64,000 nt of DNA from the human T2T-CHM13v2.0 reference genome, Homo sapiens. Made by a program: the position numbers and the translations under genes. Positions 42,086 to 61,034 of this stretch are shown here, one piece after another; position 1 is the first letter of the stretch, and each line of letters begins with the position of its first letter. The stretch is from NCBI RefSeq assembly GCF_009914755.1, contig NC_060936.1, one strand, 5' to 3'. The notes below the pieces were generated by a model. That model saw nothing but the letters and a program-made list of their open reading frames with translations. It made no database searches and was not told the DNA's origin.

Positions 42086-42742
42086 TGTATTAGCTTCTAG
42101 TTACGGCTGTAACAAATTACCACAAATTTATTGGTTTAAGACGACACATATTCATTATCTTATGGTTTAGAAATCAGAACTCAGGGTCTTTCAGTGCTAA
42201 AAGGTGCTGACAGGGTTGTGCTGTGTTTGGAGCCTCCAAGGGAGAGTTCTTTTCCTTTCCCAGTTTCCGCTGACACCTGCATATTCCTTGGCTCCCTCCT
42301 CCGTCTTCACAGCCTGCAGTGTAGCACCTCAGATCTCTCTTTGATGCTCTTCCATCATGACTTCTCCTCCTGTCTCTTTGCAGCTGTCCTCACATCACCT
42401 TCGGTGACTCTGACCTTTCTGCATCCCTCTTGTTTTTCTTTACCCCCAAGAGAGGGTTCTTGGATCTCATGCAAGAAAGAATTTGGGACAAGTCCATAGA
42501 GTAAAGCAAAAGAAAATTTATTAAGAAAGTAAAGGAATAAAGAATGGCACTCCATAGGCAGAGCAGCTCTGCATCCCTCTTACAGGAACTCCTAGGACTA
42601 CATTGGGTCCACTAGGAAAATCTCCCACCTCAAGAGCCTTAATTAATCTGAAAGGTCCCATTTGCTTTGTAAGGTCACATATTCACAGGTTCTGAGGATT
42701 AGGATGTAGACAACTTTGAGAGCCATCATTCTGTCTACTACA
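42086..42742 (-). mobile_element. MLT1-family LTR abutting the PIGAP1 3' end, interrupted by a small LTR-derived insert
   Basis: tgtattagc...gctgtaacaaattaccacaaa start; gtaaggtcacatattcacaggttctgaggattagg...tctactaca end. Confidence 0.68.
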
Positions 42743-42857
42743 CATGGAGTTTACTTAAGATGTAAAAATGTTTGTGCCCACTGGGGCAGTTGTATGAATT
42801 CCTGAGTAGCTCATTTATCAGAATCCTTGCCCCTTGGCAGAGCTGTTGTCCTGTTAA

Positions 42858-43034
<177 letters not shown>

Positions 43035-43916
43035 TAATTTTTTTTGTATTTTTAGTAGAGACGGGGCTTCACCATGTTAGCCAGGATGGTCTTGATCTGA
43101 TCTCATAATACATCTGCCTTGGCCTCTCAAAGTGCTGGGATTACAGGCATTTGCCACCGCACCCAGCCGTCATTTTTTTCCCTAGTAATTCCTCTGGTAT
43201 ATCAGGCAGCTCACTTGACATGCTAGCACCTTGACCGTAATCACTGTACATATTTTACCTGGAATATGTTGGGTGAGAGGCAAAATTATGTATCAATTCA
43301 GGTCACGTAAATAATAATAAGAAATAATAAATGATATCAAAAAAGGTCCCCCGGCAGATGCTGTTCACTATGTGGCTGCTTCTAAACTTTACTGTCACAT
43401 TTCATCGATAGCAGAAACATTGTGGAGAAGGGAGACAATCAGTTTTTCCTAGGGGTTTTCACATTTCTCCTACAAAAACTGTTTCCTAAACTCCAGGCTT
43501 GAATACTTCTATCAACTCTATTTCCAATAGCAACCCAGGAAAACTTATGCTTGGCTAAGCAGTGTATAGGAATAGCTCAAAATAGTAAAAGGCACCATAC
43601 AGGCAAGTAATAGGGAGAAATGTGAATTCAAGGGCTAAAGATATAATCAGAATTAATTCAGGCCAATCAGGAAGGGCTACTAGAAAGAGGTGAATCAAAA
43701 AAGTTACAAGCCTAGATTAGTTAAGATCATGAAGCAACTCTCCAAGTGTTTCTTCTCTGTCTCCTTTGCTGACTCCTTCGAAGTGTAAATGTTGGATTTT
43801 CACAGGTCTTGTTCTTAGACCCTTGTCACTTCCTTTTCCATTTCCCTCAGATGATGTCATTCTTTCCAATGGCTTTAACTCCCAAGTATTTGCTGACAAT
43901 TTTTATCTCCTCCTGA

Positions 43917-44207
<291 letters not shown>

Positions 44208-44527
44208 TGAACCACCCACCTTGGCCTCCCAAAGTGCTGGGATTACAGGCCTAAGCCACTGTGCTTGGGCCCTACTTGAATGGTTTTTTTTTTTTTTTTT
44301 TTTTGAGACGGAGTCTTGCTCTGTTGCCTAGGCTGGAGTGCTGTGGCGCAATCTTGACTCCCTGCAAGCTCTGCCTCCTGGGTTCACGCCATTATCCTGC
44401 CTGAGCCTCCCAAGTAGCTGGGACTACAGGCACCCGCCACCACACCTGGCTATTTTTTTTTTTTTTTTGGTATTTTTAGTAGAGATGGGGTTTCACTGTG
44501 TTAGCCAGGATGGTCTCGATCTTCTGA

Positions 44528-44887
<360 letters not shown>

Positions 44888-45519
44888 TGATCCACCCACC
44901 TTGGCCTCCCAAAGTGCTGAGATTACAGGCGTGAGCCACCACACCCAGCCAACACAGCACTCTTGACCCATGTATGCTGTGTATCCAGCTTCAGGTTGTT
45001 CATCACCCTCATCTCAGTAAATGCTGCCTCTGTCTCTGCTCAAATTCCCTAAGCCTGAAACAGTAGTTCTTGACACTCTGCTCTTACATTCCTCTCCTTT
45101 ACCCCATCATCTCTGACAGTTGCCAAATCCATTTGTTCTTAACTCCAAATATATGTCAGATCCATCTCCTTTCCAGTGGAGACTGTTAGATTCTAGCTCA
45201 GTCACCATTGTTTGTCACTGAACTACTGCAGTGGACTCTTCCCTCTTCCACACTACTCTCCCATCTCATTTCTTATACAGTGTTTCTTTGGCTCTCACCT
45301 TTTCTACCCCTACTTGTTTCTCCTTCTCTCAGTGTTTCCCTAGTTCTTTTTCCTACATATTCATCCACTTTTCCCCCTTTTCTCTGTTAAACGCATCACT
45401 GTTTCACTCCACCCTTTCTCTCTCTTCCTCGGATTTCCTTTAAAACTGTGAATTAGATCATGTCGCTACTCTCTTAGTTAAAATTCATTAGGGGCTTCCA
45501 TTGCATTTAGGATAATATC

Positions 45520-50507
<4,988 letters not shown>

Positions 50508-51132
50508 TATGTATTCATTTAGGTATTTGCTATTTTCAGTCTTCTCAACTGGTATATTAACCCCATAAGGGCAGAAACATGTCTTTTATGTTCATCACTG
50601 TGTCTCTTGCCTATGGCGTCTAGTTCAGTAAAGGAGGTGAATAAATAAATAAGCGTATACCACATGAAAAAAGATCACAGCGCAAACAGTTAAATAGCCC
50701 CAGAAATAAGTATAACTTTTAGAGAGGACATTGAGGAGACAGGTTGAAGGGAATGAAGGGACTATGTTAAATAAATTCCTAAATATTTATTCTAGCAAAG
50801 TGAGTTGTCAGTCACAAATTTTTATCTGAGTGTCCTGCCAATTATGATGTGGGTATTTTAAAGCTTTTACTCTCATTTATAACTATATTTATTTTTGTGT
50901 TAGTAAAAGCAGCTTTCCAAATTATGCCTAATGATATCTGAGTATTACTAGCTTTGTTTTCTTATCTCTTTAATTGGATAAATTATATCAAATGAACTAC
51001 AATTATGTCTCATCACCATATTCATAATTCATTTGTTAAGTGCTAACTGTGTATCTGGTACTTTATAGGTATCGTCTCATTTAATTTTTTACAGCAGCCA
51101 TAAGAAGGAAATGGTCATATTTCATTTTACAG

Positions 51133-51253
51133 ATCAGAACACTGAGGCTCAGAGAAGTTAACTACTCCAAAGTCATATAGCCAGTATTTTCTGGAGCTGT
51201 AATTCAAATCAGATGTGTTCAATACCTTCTACTACCCCATTGCTGTCTTTATG
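51133..51253 (+). other. GAS2L3: GAS2L3 5' UTR exon derived from a MIR element
   Basis: Acceptor cattttacag| and donor ATG|gtgagt; 121 nt. The sequence matches the MIR core (ttttacagat.ag.aaactgaggctcagaga.gttaa). Size agrees with my recollection of an annotated UTR exon. Confidence 0.75.
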
Positions 51254-51770
51254 GTGAGTTATTTTAGTACACATTAAGAAATACATGAAATATGATTGGT
51301 ATAGATATATTATTTCTATTTTCTTTATTAGGCAGTTAGGAAACATTTAACTCAAAATTTTAAAGCTAAGAAACTTTTTTTCTGAGTAAATCAGAAAGGA
51401 TGTTTTCTTCAACTATTTTTCTAAATGAAGCATTAAAAAAGGATGAAATATTTTGACATACAGAAAGGCATACAGACTAGTATAATAACACCTTTGTTCT
51501 TACCGCTTATCTTGAAATAAAATCTTACTGGTACAGTTGAAAGGCCCTTGTGCATTCCTCCCCAGGGTCATTTTCCTCTCTCTTCCTCAGTAGTAACCGC
51601 GATCTCAACTTGATCCTATCCTTGCAGCTTGTGTATCTTGGCGATAATCTGGTGGCTGAGGGCTGAATGGATGGGTGACACAATGGCAATTAATGTTATT
51701 CTTTTTCCTGAAGAAACTTACCTTATTTCTTTGCTTTTTTTTGTTTGCTACTCTTCCTGGTTGACTTCAG

Positions 51771-51846
51771 ATTTGTAACAGATGGAGCCATGACATTTTG
51801 AATTCTCCCCATCATACCGTATAACGTGAGAAAGGATTGAAAATGT
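51771..51846 (+). other. GAS2L3: Candidate alternative GAS2L3 5' UTR exon
   Basis: Long pyrimidine tract ending gacttcag| at 51770, donor |gtaagt at 51847; 76 nt. Supported by splice signals only. Confidence 0.45.
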
Positions 51847-54301
51847 GTAAGTTTCAGATCCTGTATTTTTGGGACGAAGGATCGGTTCAGTAGTTGGTGT
51901 TTTTAATCCCATTATGGTATGAAGTCAAATTAGAATGAAGAGCCTTAATGCAAATAATCTTGAGTACCTCATGACTTTTTAAAAATTTTTAAAGATGAGT
52001 GGGTTGGGCTCAAATTCTGGTCAAATTTCAGGTGGATGAGCACATTCTGTGTTTCCAACATTTTCCTCGGATTTTAAAAGTTAAGTATAGTATTCCTAAC
52101 TTTGTATGATCTATGCATAAGAGTGTCTTGTGAAAGATTCCCAACAGGTTTAGAGTGGAGTTTAGACTTGGTTACGTGAGAGGTCTTCCCTCACCCTCGC
52201 GAAATCTAAGGGAAAAGACTTCCTCAAGTTGGCAAAGAATTGAAATAGGCTTCTTCAAAAAGACAGAAAGACAAAAACAAAAAATAAGGACAATATGTTG
52301 CTAATTAAGATGCAAAATTAAATGTTACTGGTTCAGTGTAACTGATTTATATGAAACAAATAGAGATTTTTAGGGAATGATAGAAAAGAGGAAAATAGGT
52401 AATAAAATGAAGGAGAAGCAAGAAATGTGATTGTGATAGTATCGAGGACTGGGGCTAAAAAGGTACTCTTGGGAATAAATGCCTGAGACACAAAAATATC
52501 TTGGAAAGATGATAGTGAATGACTAGAAAATACCAAAGACTGGCTCTTAGTATCTGTTATATAGTGAGTACTTATTACTTAATTGATGATTGACTGATAA
52601 AATCTCATCAATGAAAAGCACATGCTCATGTATATTATAGCTTTTCATGTATGAAGATACATAATAACTTCTCTGCATACTATTTTTTAAAGAATTTGTT
52701 TTTTAAAGTTAATCCAGATGGTTATATTTTTGTCATCTTAAAAGTAGTTTTTTCTGTTATGCAAGAAGGATGATTTTAAAAATGTATGTGAAGACTCTTG
52801 CTAAAGTTCAAGTGACCAAATATTGTGCATAAATTCTTTATTTCTTTCATAAAACTAATTTTGTTGAATTTTCCATAAAAAGTGCAGCGACTAAACATTC
52901 TTGTGATAGCTTCTTTGTGAATGTGTCACTGTTCTTGATTTGCACACGCCTTATAATTTAGGCTTTCTTTTGTTTTGGGCTGGCAGCTCCAACTGTTAAA
53001 GCTCTTGTCTGATTATGTGGAACTCCATTTTAATAGGAGCAGCTTCTTTGCTGCATTTTTAAAAAATGGTCTTGGAAGCTTCTTACTTCCGAGAAGTGGA
53101 TCTTTGTTGCGGACAAAGGATTATTTATGCTAAAGGAAAATGTATTCCCCACTGAATTAGCTCGTGGGAAGCATAACAAGCTCATTAGGAATGCTCACTT
53201 GTACTTTGGCCTTTTGCTGTGGTGGAGAGAAGGGAAAATGACATCAAAAAGGACATTCTGTTGTCTTTTGCCTTCCTGCAAAGAAAATGTGTTATAATAT
53301 TAGGCTTTTCAGTATGGTTTAGCTCAGGTTCAACTTTGGTACTAGAAGAAATGTTCCTGAAAGGAAAGTGGTATGTATAGTTGACACTGTGCATGAGGTA
53401 TGTCTGATATAACTTAGAGGAAAAAATAACTTTTTCTTGGAAAGTAATAGCATTATAGCTTTGTAATTATTATATATTTTTTCTTAAAATATTTTAAAGA
53501 TGGTTTATAATAAAACTAGACTAGCTTATTATGCTGCTATGAGCAATAAAAAATCCTAGGTTTTTATAGTCTATACTGTTGAATGTTTTTAAACTCTTCA
53601 CTTTTATCCCTTTGAAAATATAGGAAAGAATTGCATTTACCTAATTCAATGAATTAAAGTATTTTTTTTCCATGTAGATTTCAAGAATACTACTTTGGAG
53701 CTAAAATTGCTGTTTCTTCTTTGTCTTTGGGAAATTATTATGGGGAGGCATTGAGCATTTTGGTTCACAGTTAAAATTGATGTTTATCTTTATTAGCAGA
53801 ATAAGCTTATAGTCAAGTTTGTGAATTTATGCAAAGTGCATATGACCTGTTAGGACTTTGATGACAGTCAGATAAAAGATACTTGACTTTCAATATCAGT
53901 TGTTGTAATATTTATATTTACATTATATTCACAGGGGAAAATAAAATTCTGGGAGACTTTTATATGAGCTAAGTTTTGTTGATTTTTTTTCAAAACTGTC
54001 CAGATGGTTCAAGAATTACTTTGATGCTAATGCCAGAAAATACATATTATATTAAAGTCTGTTTCAGGTTTTCCTTTTTCAAATGAGTAGTCCTTTATGA
54101 AGTAAAAAGGAGTGATATGAATTTTCTTATACTCAGACTTTTCTAACTAGAAGAAAAAGTTTTGCGTTTGCAGTCGAGTAAACACATTCCTAAATCTTGT
54201 AATTTGGGGGTTTGGGGGAGTAGCAAAACTGCCACTGTTAACTGTATGTTAATATTTTGTTCTTTTTTCAGAAAAGAAATTTCATTTCAATATAGGTGAC
54301 T

Positions 54302-54319
54302 ATGCAGCCTGCAATTCAA
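54302..54319 (+). CDS. GAS2L3: GAS2L3 first coding segment (exon 54272-54319)
   Basis: Acceptor tcttttttcag| ending at 54271; ATG at 54302 with A at -3; encodes MQPAIQ; donor CAA|gtaagt at 54320. Confidence 0.93.
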
Positions 54320-54545
54320 GTAAGTTTTTTTCTTGGAAACAATATTTAAATTATGAGATTAATATAATTGAACTGTAATAATTAGCAAAGAAAAAATTAT
54401 CACAGTGTTCTTATTGTGCTAGTTTTTTTAAGCATCACATTTTAATAACACATACTATATTTTGACTTTCTAGTTCTCAAAAACGTTCAATTCTAAGCTT
54501 TTGTTTATACTGAATATTTGTAAAATTCAAAAATACCTTAGGGTT

Positions 54546-54580
54546 ATCTCTTCTCAGCCTTTTGGCTAAGATCAAGTGTA
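54546..54580 (+). pseudogene. 3'-truncated, tailless U2 snRNA retrocopy (U2 nt 1-35)
   Basis: ATCTCTTCTCAGCCTTTTGGCTAAGATCAAGTGTA matches the U2 5' end with 2 mismatches. Perfect 16-bp TSD AAAATACCTTAGGGTT at 54530-54545 and 54581-54596. Confidence 0.92.
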
Positions 54581-57329
54581 AAAATACCTTAGGGTTGGTA
54601 GGTCTGTCTTATTTATACCACTGTGGGAAAAGAGGTGGAATATTTTGTGGTTTTCCCCTCATTACAATTTAGTATGTATTTACAGTTAAAAGAGCTTTCA
54701 GTGAAAACAAATATATGTTTTTAAATTTCAGATAGTTGTTCATGTGCTCTATAAATGCCTGTATATGACTGGCCATTAAAATTTTAAAGAGTGGGTTTTT
54801 TTTTTTTTGTTTTGTTTTTTGTGGAGGGGTGCAAGCTGGGTATAATGAGACAATCAGAATAGCCTTATATCTGAATGATTTCCAGAGTTGGTGTTTGCTA
54901 TATTATTCTTATTTTTTAAGTTTTCTTTCTTTTGTATAAAAAGAACATGATTGAATATTAACTTAAAAATAAAAGTCACATTGAAGGTCTGCCTGGAAAG
55001 AAGCAAGCAACTGATAATAAAATTTGCCTTGGGAAGTAAAAACTTGCATCAATTAGATTTCAGTTCTGATCCTAGTTCTGCCCCTTTGATTCTGAGATTC
55101 TGGCAAGTTATCTTACTTCTGAGTCTCTGCTTCCTTACCTCTATGGTGAGGATAATAGTGATTAACTTGAGGGTAGTTTTGAGGAATCAATGAGATAACA
55201 TGTGCAAATGGACTGCTAGAATATATATTGCCTGTAAGCACGTCAGAAGTTTGGTTGTATCCTTGATATGATAAAATTTTCCAGATATAAACCTAGAGAT
55301 AGTACCTGTGTCATAAAAGTCAGTCTTTCCTTCCCCTCCTCCTTCTTCTCTTCTTTCCTTTCCTTTCCCTTATCAATTTAACAGTGGATGACAGCCTAGA
55401 GAAGAGAATTTATCAAATGGTTAAGAACAGCCCTGCATGTGACCCTGTTGTCCACCTTCCTATATTCTGCAGCTGTAGTCTCCTACTCTACTAAATACAG
55501 TTCCATCATACTTTTCCTTTTGGGACTGGGGAGTCCATGACTGTCTCCCAGAAGGTCTTATTCTTCCCCTTTGGGTCCTCTCACATCCACTTGCATATGC
55601 TTAGAACTCTGTTATTACTCAAAATCATTTTTGACCTGATTACTTCTATTCATCCCCTTTTTATCCAGTCTCAGGAATGTCATAGTTTCTTATCAATTAT
55701 ATTTTCTAGATTCCTTATAGAGTGTTTTCTATTGTTGCCACATTGCCCATGTTTTTTCTTATTTCTACACTAATGGCCATTTATATTTTCTTAACATGGT
55801 AGATTCTTTCATAGTTTGTCTAATGATTTCATAAAATCTTCTCTGATCCAGATTCCAAGATCTGTCTTTACTGATTTTTTTTTCCAAGACTATCCTCCCT
55901 TCACATGTCTCATGGAGGTTTTTGCTGCTGCATGTGAGGACTTCCCAGGATTTCCACCTCTTTCTCTGCCAATTATATTAGACAGTTACTTGGTTATTAA
56001 GTGCCTTGCAGAGAGGAGACATCCAGTGAATAGCTGTTATTAATTGATGTCTTACTAATTTAATACTTCAAGATATTTCTTGCCATTCATCTGTGTCCTT
56101 CATTCTGATTAATAAATAAACATATAAAAGCCAATGGACAATAGTTCTTAACCTTTCTGGGGTCATAGTCCCATTTGAAAACCTGACAAAGGCTATGAAG
56201 TCACTCTCTGTGAAAAGGCCCATTTGTATATAGGCATAAAATTTTGCCTAAATGTAAGCAAGTGCAAGTACCTAAGTTAATCTGTAGAGTACCCATGAAT
56301 TAAATATCTCTTAATGACAATATGACAGCTTTCAGCATGTTTGAGAACAATCTTCATACATGCAGTTTTTGTTAATATCTGACTTTTAATACTAATTTCT
56401 ACTGACTAGCCCAGGTTATTACTAAAGTCGTCTGCTTGCAATAATAGGAAAATCCAACATGTACTCTTCTCTCTAATGTGACAAGAAGTAAAAATGACTT
56501 CTTAAAAAATGTTAGCATCTCCATTTTCATACATGATTTTAAAAAAACCACCCTCTTAATTTATGCCCTTCTTTCCTTGACAAACATTTACATCTGCTCT
56601 GCTTTTTTTCAGCTCAACCAGATGGTTAATGGACAAATAACATATTCCATTGACTGTCAAATACAATTGATTGTAAGATACATTTTGATTTTGATGGTAC
56701 AAAGAGTCATTTGCTAATATCTATTCCTCAATTATTGAACAAATATGTTTGAATACTATGTGGTAAGCATTACACTGAGTCTCAGGATTATAATAGAAAT
56801 AAAATATGCTTATAAAGGGAAGAATTAGTAAAGCGTTACTGTACTTCCTTGGAAATAATTTTAAGAGAATTCAGGGAAATAAATAACATCATTTTCCTAT
56901 TCATAGGATCCTCATATATTTAGGAATTCATTGCCCAATCCCTACCTTAATTCCTGAAGTAAATGTCCCTTAAATAACTTACATTTCTTTTTTGTCTTTG
57001 ATGGGGTTTTTAAATTTACTTTTATTTTATTTTTTATTTTTTATTAGATTTCCCTACCCCTGCATGCTTCTTGAGTGTATTCATTTTCTTTGTTTGCCTT
57101 GGGGTTAAAAACAAAAAAAAAACTTGTTTATTTCTCATTATGGGAGATTGGAAGTAGTTTCCCCCATTCCCCGCCACCAGTTTGTTGCATTACCTATGGC
57201 ATTGCTATAGCTTTTGATCTGGTATAGTAAGACTTGCCTCAAATTAACCTCAATAAGCTTAGTATATTTTAAGAGGAAAATGGTCTATATTTAAAAATCA
57301 AGAAAGGACTAGATTCACTTGGTATTCCT

Positions 57330-58580
57330 TTTACTTACAGTTCTTTTTTAAAAGTTTGGTTTTTTTTAAAAAAAATTTTAAAGCCATCACAGACTACAGA
57401 GTAGTTAAGTGTAGTACAAAGAAATTTGTTTGCCTGAGCCATTTGAGAGGAAGTGGCGACTCTAATGCACTATTACCTCTGAATATTTTAGTGTGTATTT
57501 CTCAAAAACAAGGACATCTTCCTACACAACCACAATGAAATAGTCAGAATCAGGATATTAATGCTGCTTCTGTACTACCATTTAATACGCAGGCCACTTT
57601 CAAGTGTTGCCAGTTGTCTCAATAATAACCAGCTTAGAATTATGTGTTGCATTTAGTTTTCATGTCTCTTTAGTTATTAGGCTGGAACAGTATCTCAGTC
57701 TTTGCTTGTCTTTAATTACCTTGATACTTTTGAATATTCCCGACCACTTATTTTGTAGAATGTCCCTCAATTTGGATTTGCTTGATGTTTTTTCATGACT
57801 AAACTCAGGTTATGCATCTTGGGCAGGAATTTTTATCATTGCCTCCTATCAGGTAGCATATGATTTTGATTTGTCCCATTATTGATAGAGTTCACCTCCA
57901 TTATTTGGTTCCGATGCTGTCTGTCAGGTTTCTGAACTGTAAAATTACTCCTTTTCCCTTTGTAGTATTTTTTATGCAGGTACTTTGAAACTATGTAAAA
58001 ATCCCATTCTTGTTAAAATTTCAGTGTATTCATTTATATCTGTGTTAACTCATAGTTTCCTATTTTATTCAGTGTGGTATAATCCATTCCTATCATTTAT
58101 CTCAATGCTCAAATTGCCCTCAGTTCAGCCAGTAGAAGTCCCTTCATGCTGGCTTATGTGTCCTTTTGGCATTCTTTGAGAGTTTCTTTACTTTCAGATA
58201 AGAGATATTTGAATTCAACACCAAAGGATTCATTCTTACTTCTCTCATTCCATATTTGTACCTGTCTTCAGTGAGAAGATTGGCTCCCATTTGATAAATC
58301 CTCATGTGTGTTACCATTCTTTTATTGTTGCTGCCACTCACACCCTGGGTAGATGCTCAGCTCACTTGGACTCTGACACTCTGTATTGGGACGTTCCCCC
58401 TTTGCACCTGTTAGATGCCCTCTTTATCCTACTCAGGGCCTGACATCTTGCACAGGGCTGTCCCCATACCCGGATGCCCACTCACCTCACTCATGCTCTG
58501 ACTCTCCATTCCAAGCCACCCCACTCTTGGAATCTCCTATGCGTTTCTCTTAGGCTCTAATATTCCTTTCTAAGTTGTTC
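57330..58580 (-). mobile_element. Old L1M (L1MC-like) 3' fragment
   Basis: ttattttgtagaatgtccctcaatttggatttg..gatgttt motif, and degenerate gatgccc..ctcacc...ctctgac repeats at 58340-58520. Confidence 0.6.
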
Positions 58581-59778
58581 AGTAAGGAGAAGGACAAGAG
58601 ATATTTATATCTGTTTTAAAAAGTGACTTCATAATGACATGATTACTTCTTTTACCATCTGAAGAATTGATACAGCCTTTTCTATGAATAATCTTACATT
58701 AAAGAATAATCATATTTCAAAATTTGGCAAGTGTCGATTATAACATCTATAAAATTATAAAATTTATAGAGTGTCAGTTTTTATTCTAAACTCTCAGTTG
58801 TTCAGGTAGTATTTCATGCTTTGTGGACCAGTAGGCAAAATTGAGATACTACGCAGTTACTTATATAACAACCATTTTAAAATGTACAAACAATTCTTAG
58901 CTTCTGGGCTTACAAAATAGGTGAGACAAGATTTGCCCCATGGACTATAGTTTGCCACCCACTTGTTTTAAACTAAAGTACTTAGAAATTTTTTTAAAGA
59001 TAACACTGTTATTATGATTTGAAGTTTACAAAATGCCATTTATGCTTCATTCATTCATTTATTCATTCATTCAACAAATGTTTATTGAGTCTCTGCTATC
59101 TGCTAGGCTCAATGCCAGATGCTACAAACATGTATTTTATAAGGCAGGAATCACTAACCCATCTTACAGCTGGGATGTTAAGACTCTGGTCAAGTAACTT
59201 GTTAAACTTACTCAGCTAACAAGTGAAGGAAAAATATTATTTGTTGAATTCTACCCTCTTGGCTCAATAGTAGAATCCATTCATTAATTCGGGGTTTTCT
59301 TACATTGACCACAGTATTGAATATTGAAAATGTCTTGGCTGGGCACAGTGGCTCATGCCTATAATCCCAGCACTTTGGGAGTCTGATGTGGAAGGATCGC
59401 TTGAGTCCAGGAGTTCAAGACCAGCCTGGGCAACATAGGGTGACCACATCTCTGCAATACATAAAATTAAAAACTTAGCTGGGTGTGGTGGCATGTGCCT
59501 GTGCTCTCAGCTACTCGGGAGGCTGAGGTGGGAGGATTGCTTGAGCCTGGGAGTCAAGGCTGCAGTGAACCATAATCGCATCACTGCACTCTAGCCTGGG
59601 CAACAGAATAGGACTAATACTTTGCTTCTAATTTATATATTTGCTGTGAGCCACAGCAGCTTTTTATATGTGTCTATTATGTATGATTTATGCTTCATCA
59701 TTTAAATATTGATGTGGATTATGATGACTTTTAGCAAAGGTTTTATTCATTCAGTTGATTGATTTTTTTTTTCTTTAG

Positions 59779-59947
59779 GTATGGTTTGGAGAAGATCTGC
59801 CTCTAAGTCCTCGGAGTCCTCTGACTCCCAGACACGGACCAGGATTGGCTAATGTTTGTCAGTACGATGAGTGGATAGCTGTGAGGCATGAAGCCACTTT
59901 GTTGCCCATGCAAGAAGATCTGTCAATCTGGTTATCTGGTTTATTAG
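59779..59947 (+). CDS. GAS2L3: GAS2L3 coding exon (N-terminus into calponin-homology domain)
   Basis: Acceptor ttctttag|, donor TAG|gtgagg; 169 nt. Translates [56 protein letters not shown](G); the MQEDLSIWL motif resembles the GAS2-family CH domain start. Confidence 0.95.
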
Positions 59948-61034
59948 GTGAGGCTTGAAACAATACCCAAAATTGTATTATCTTATTCAATATGCATTTA
60001 TTGAGAGCCTTACTCTTTGTCAAGGAGTGATTGTTACAGATGCTGGGGATACTCCAGTGAATGAAATATTCAGTGCCCTTGGTCTCACCCAGGTTACATT
60101 TCAGCTGGGGAAATAGTCTGATTCACCCTGAACCTTGGGTCTTGAATAGTAGGAAATTTGCGATTTAACCGAAGAGGTCAGTAAGCTTTGAATAATGAAC
60201 ATTTTCACTGTTAATATTAAAATCATCTTTAAAAATTGTATTGGTCTAATTTTTTTTTTTACTGATTTCCTCCTGCCTCGACCCACCTTAGTCTTGTATA
60301 AGCCATGAACTTTGAGTGAAACATATACTGTAGGTTAAATGATTACAATTTTTGAGGCATTGAAGGATACAGCCATATGAAACCTAGGAAGAAATGTCAG
60401 GTTGGAGAATGGCATTGTATTTTTTACTCTATTAGAGAATATGATGAATGCTTTAAGCTTTCTCCCCAGAAAAATTTTACTTTAAATAATTTTATGTAGA
60501 ATTCTAAAGTTTTCCTGAAAAAGAATATCTTAAAAGATACAGCTCTTCCAAGATAATTAAATACCAAATACCCACTGTAGTTGTCTATTATCAGTTTGAT
60601 GGATAATATTTAGAGTTTATTATGTAATAATAATGTTTTTAAAGAAGACATTCTAGAAGTAAAAAGTTAGTATTCCCTGGGTATTTGTTATGGTATTGTC
60701 TTTAATTTTAAAATTGCAACCAAGTCCATCTTATTTATAGAGACTGTTTTTCTTGTGCAAGGAATATTAATATGCAGTGAATTTATTTCATTTTAAATGA
60801 AATAAAATCGATGTCAGTTTTTCTGTACTTCTACATTACAGATATTTTTGTTTCAGTATCATTAAGTTAACTGGCCATTATTTGCTATTTTAACTGTACC
60901 TTCTAAGAGTAAGTATTTAGAGTCTGATCTGATATTTTTCTAGTGTTTTGCTGTAATCTGATTCTATTTAATTAATTTTAACCATATTGTTTTTATGTTT
61001 CTAGAAGATTCTTAACTTTGAAATATGTTTTTAG

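Noticed and set aside
45190-45445. Long pyrimidine-rich tract with two ORFs
   Set aside because: Low-complexity sequence, probably a decayed old repeat; no exon or protein similarity recognised.
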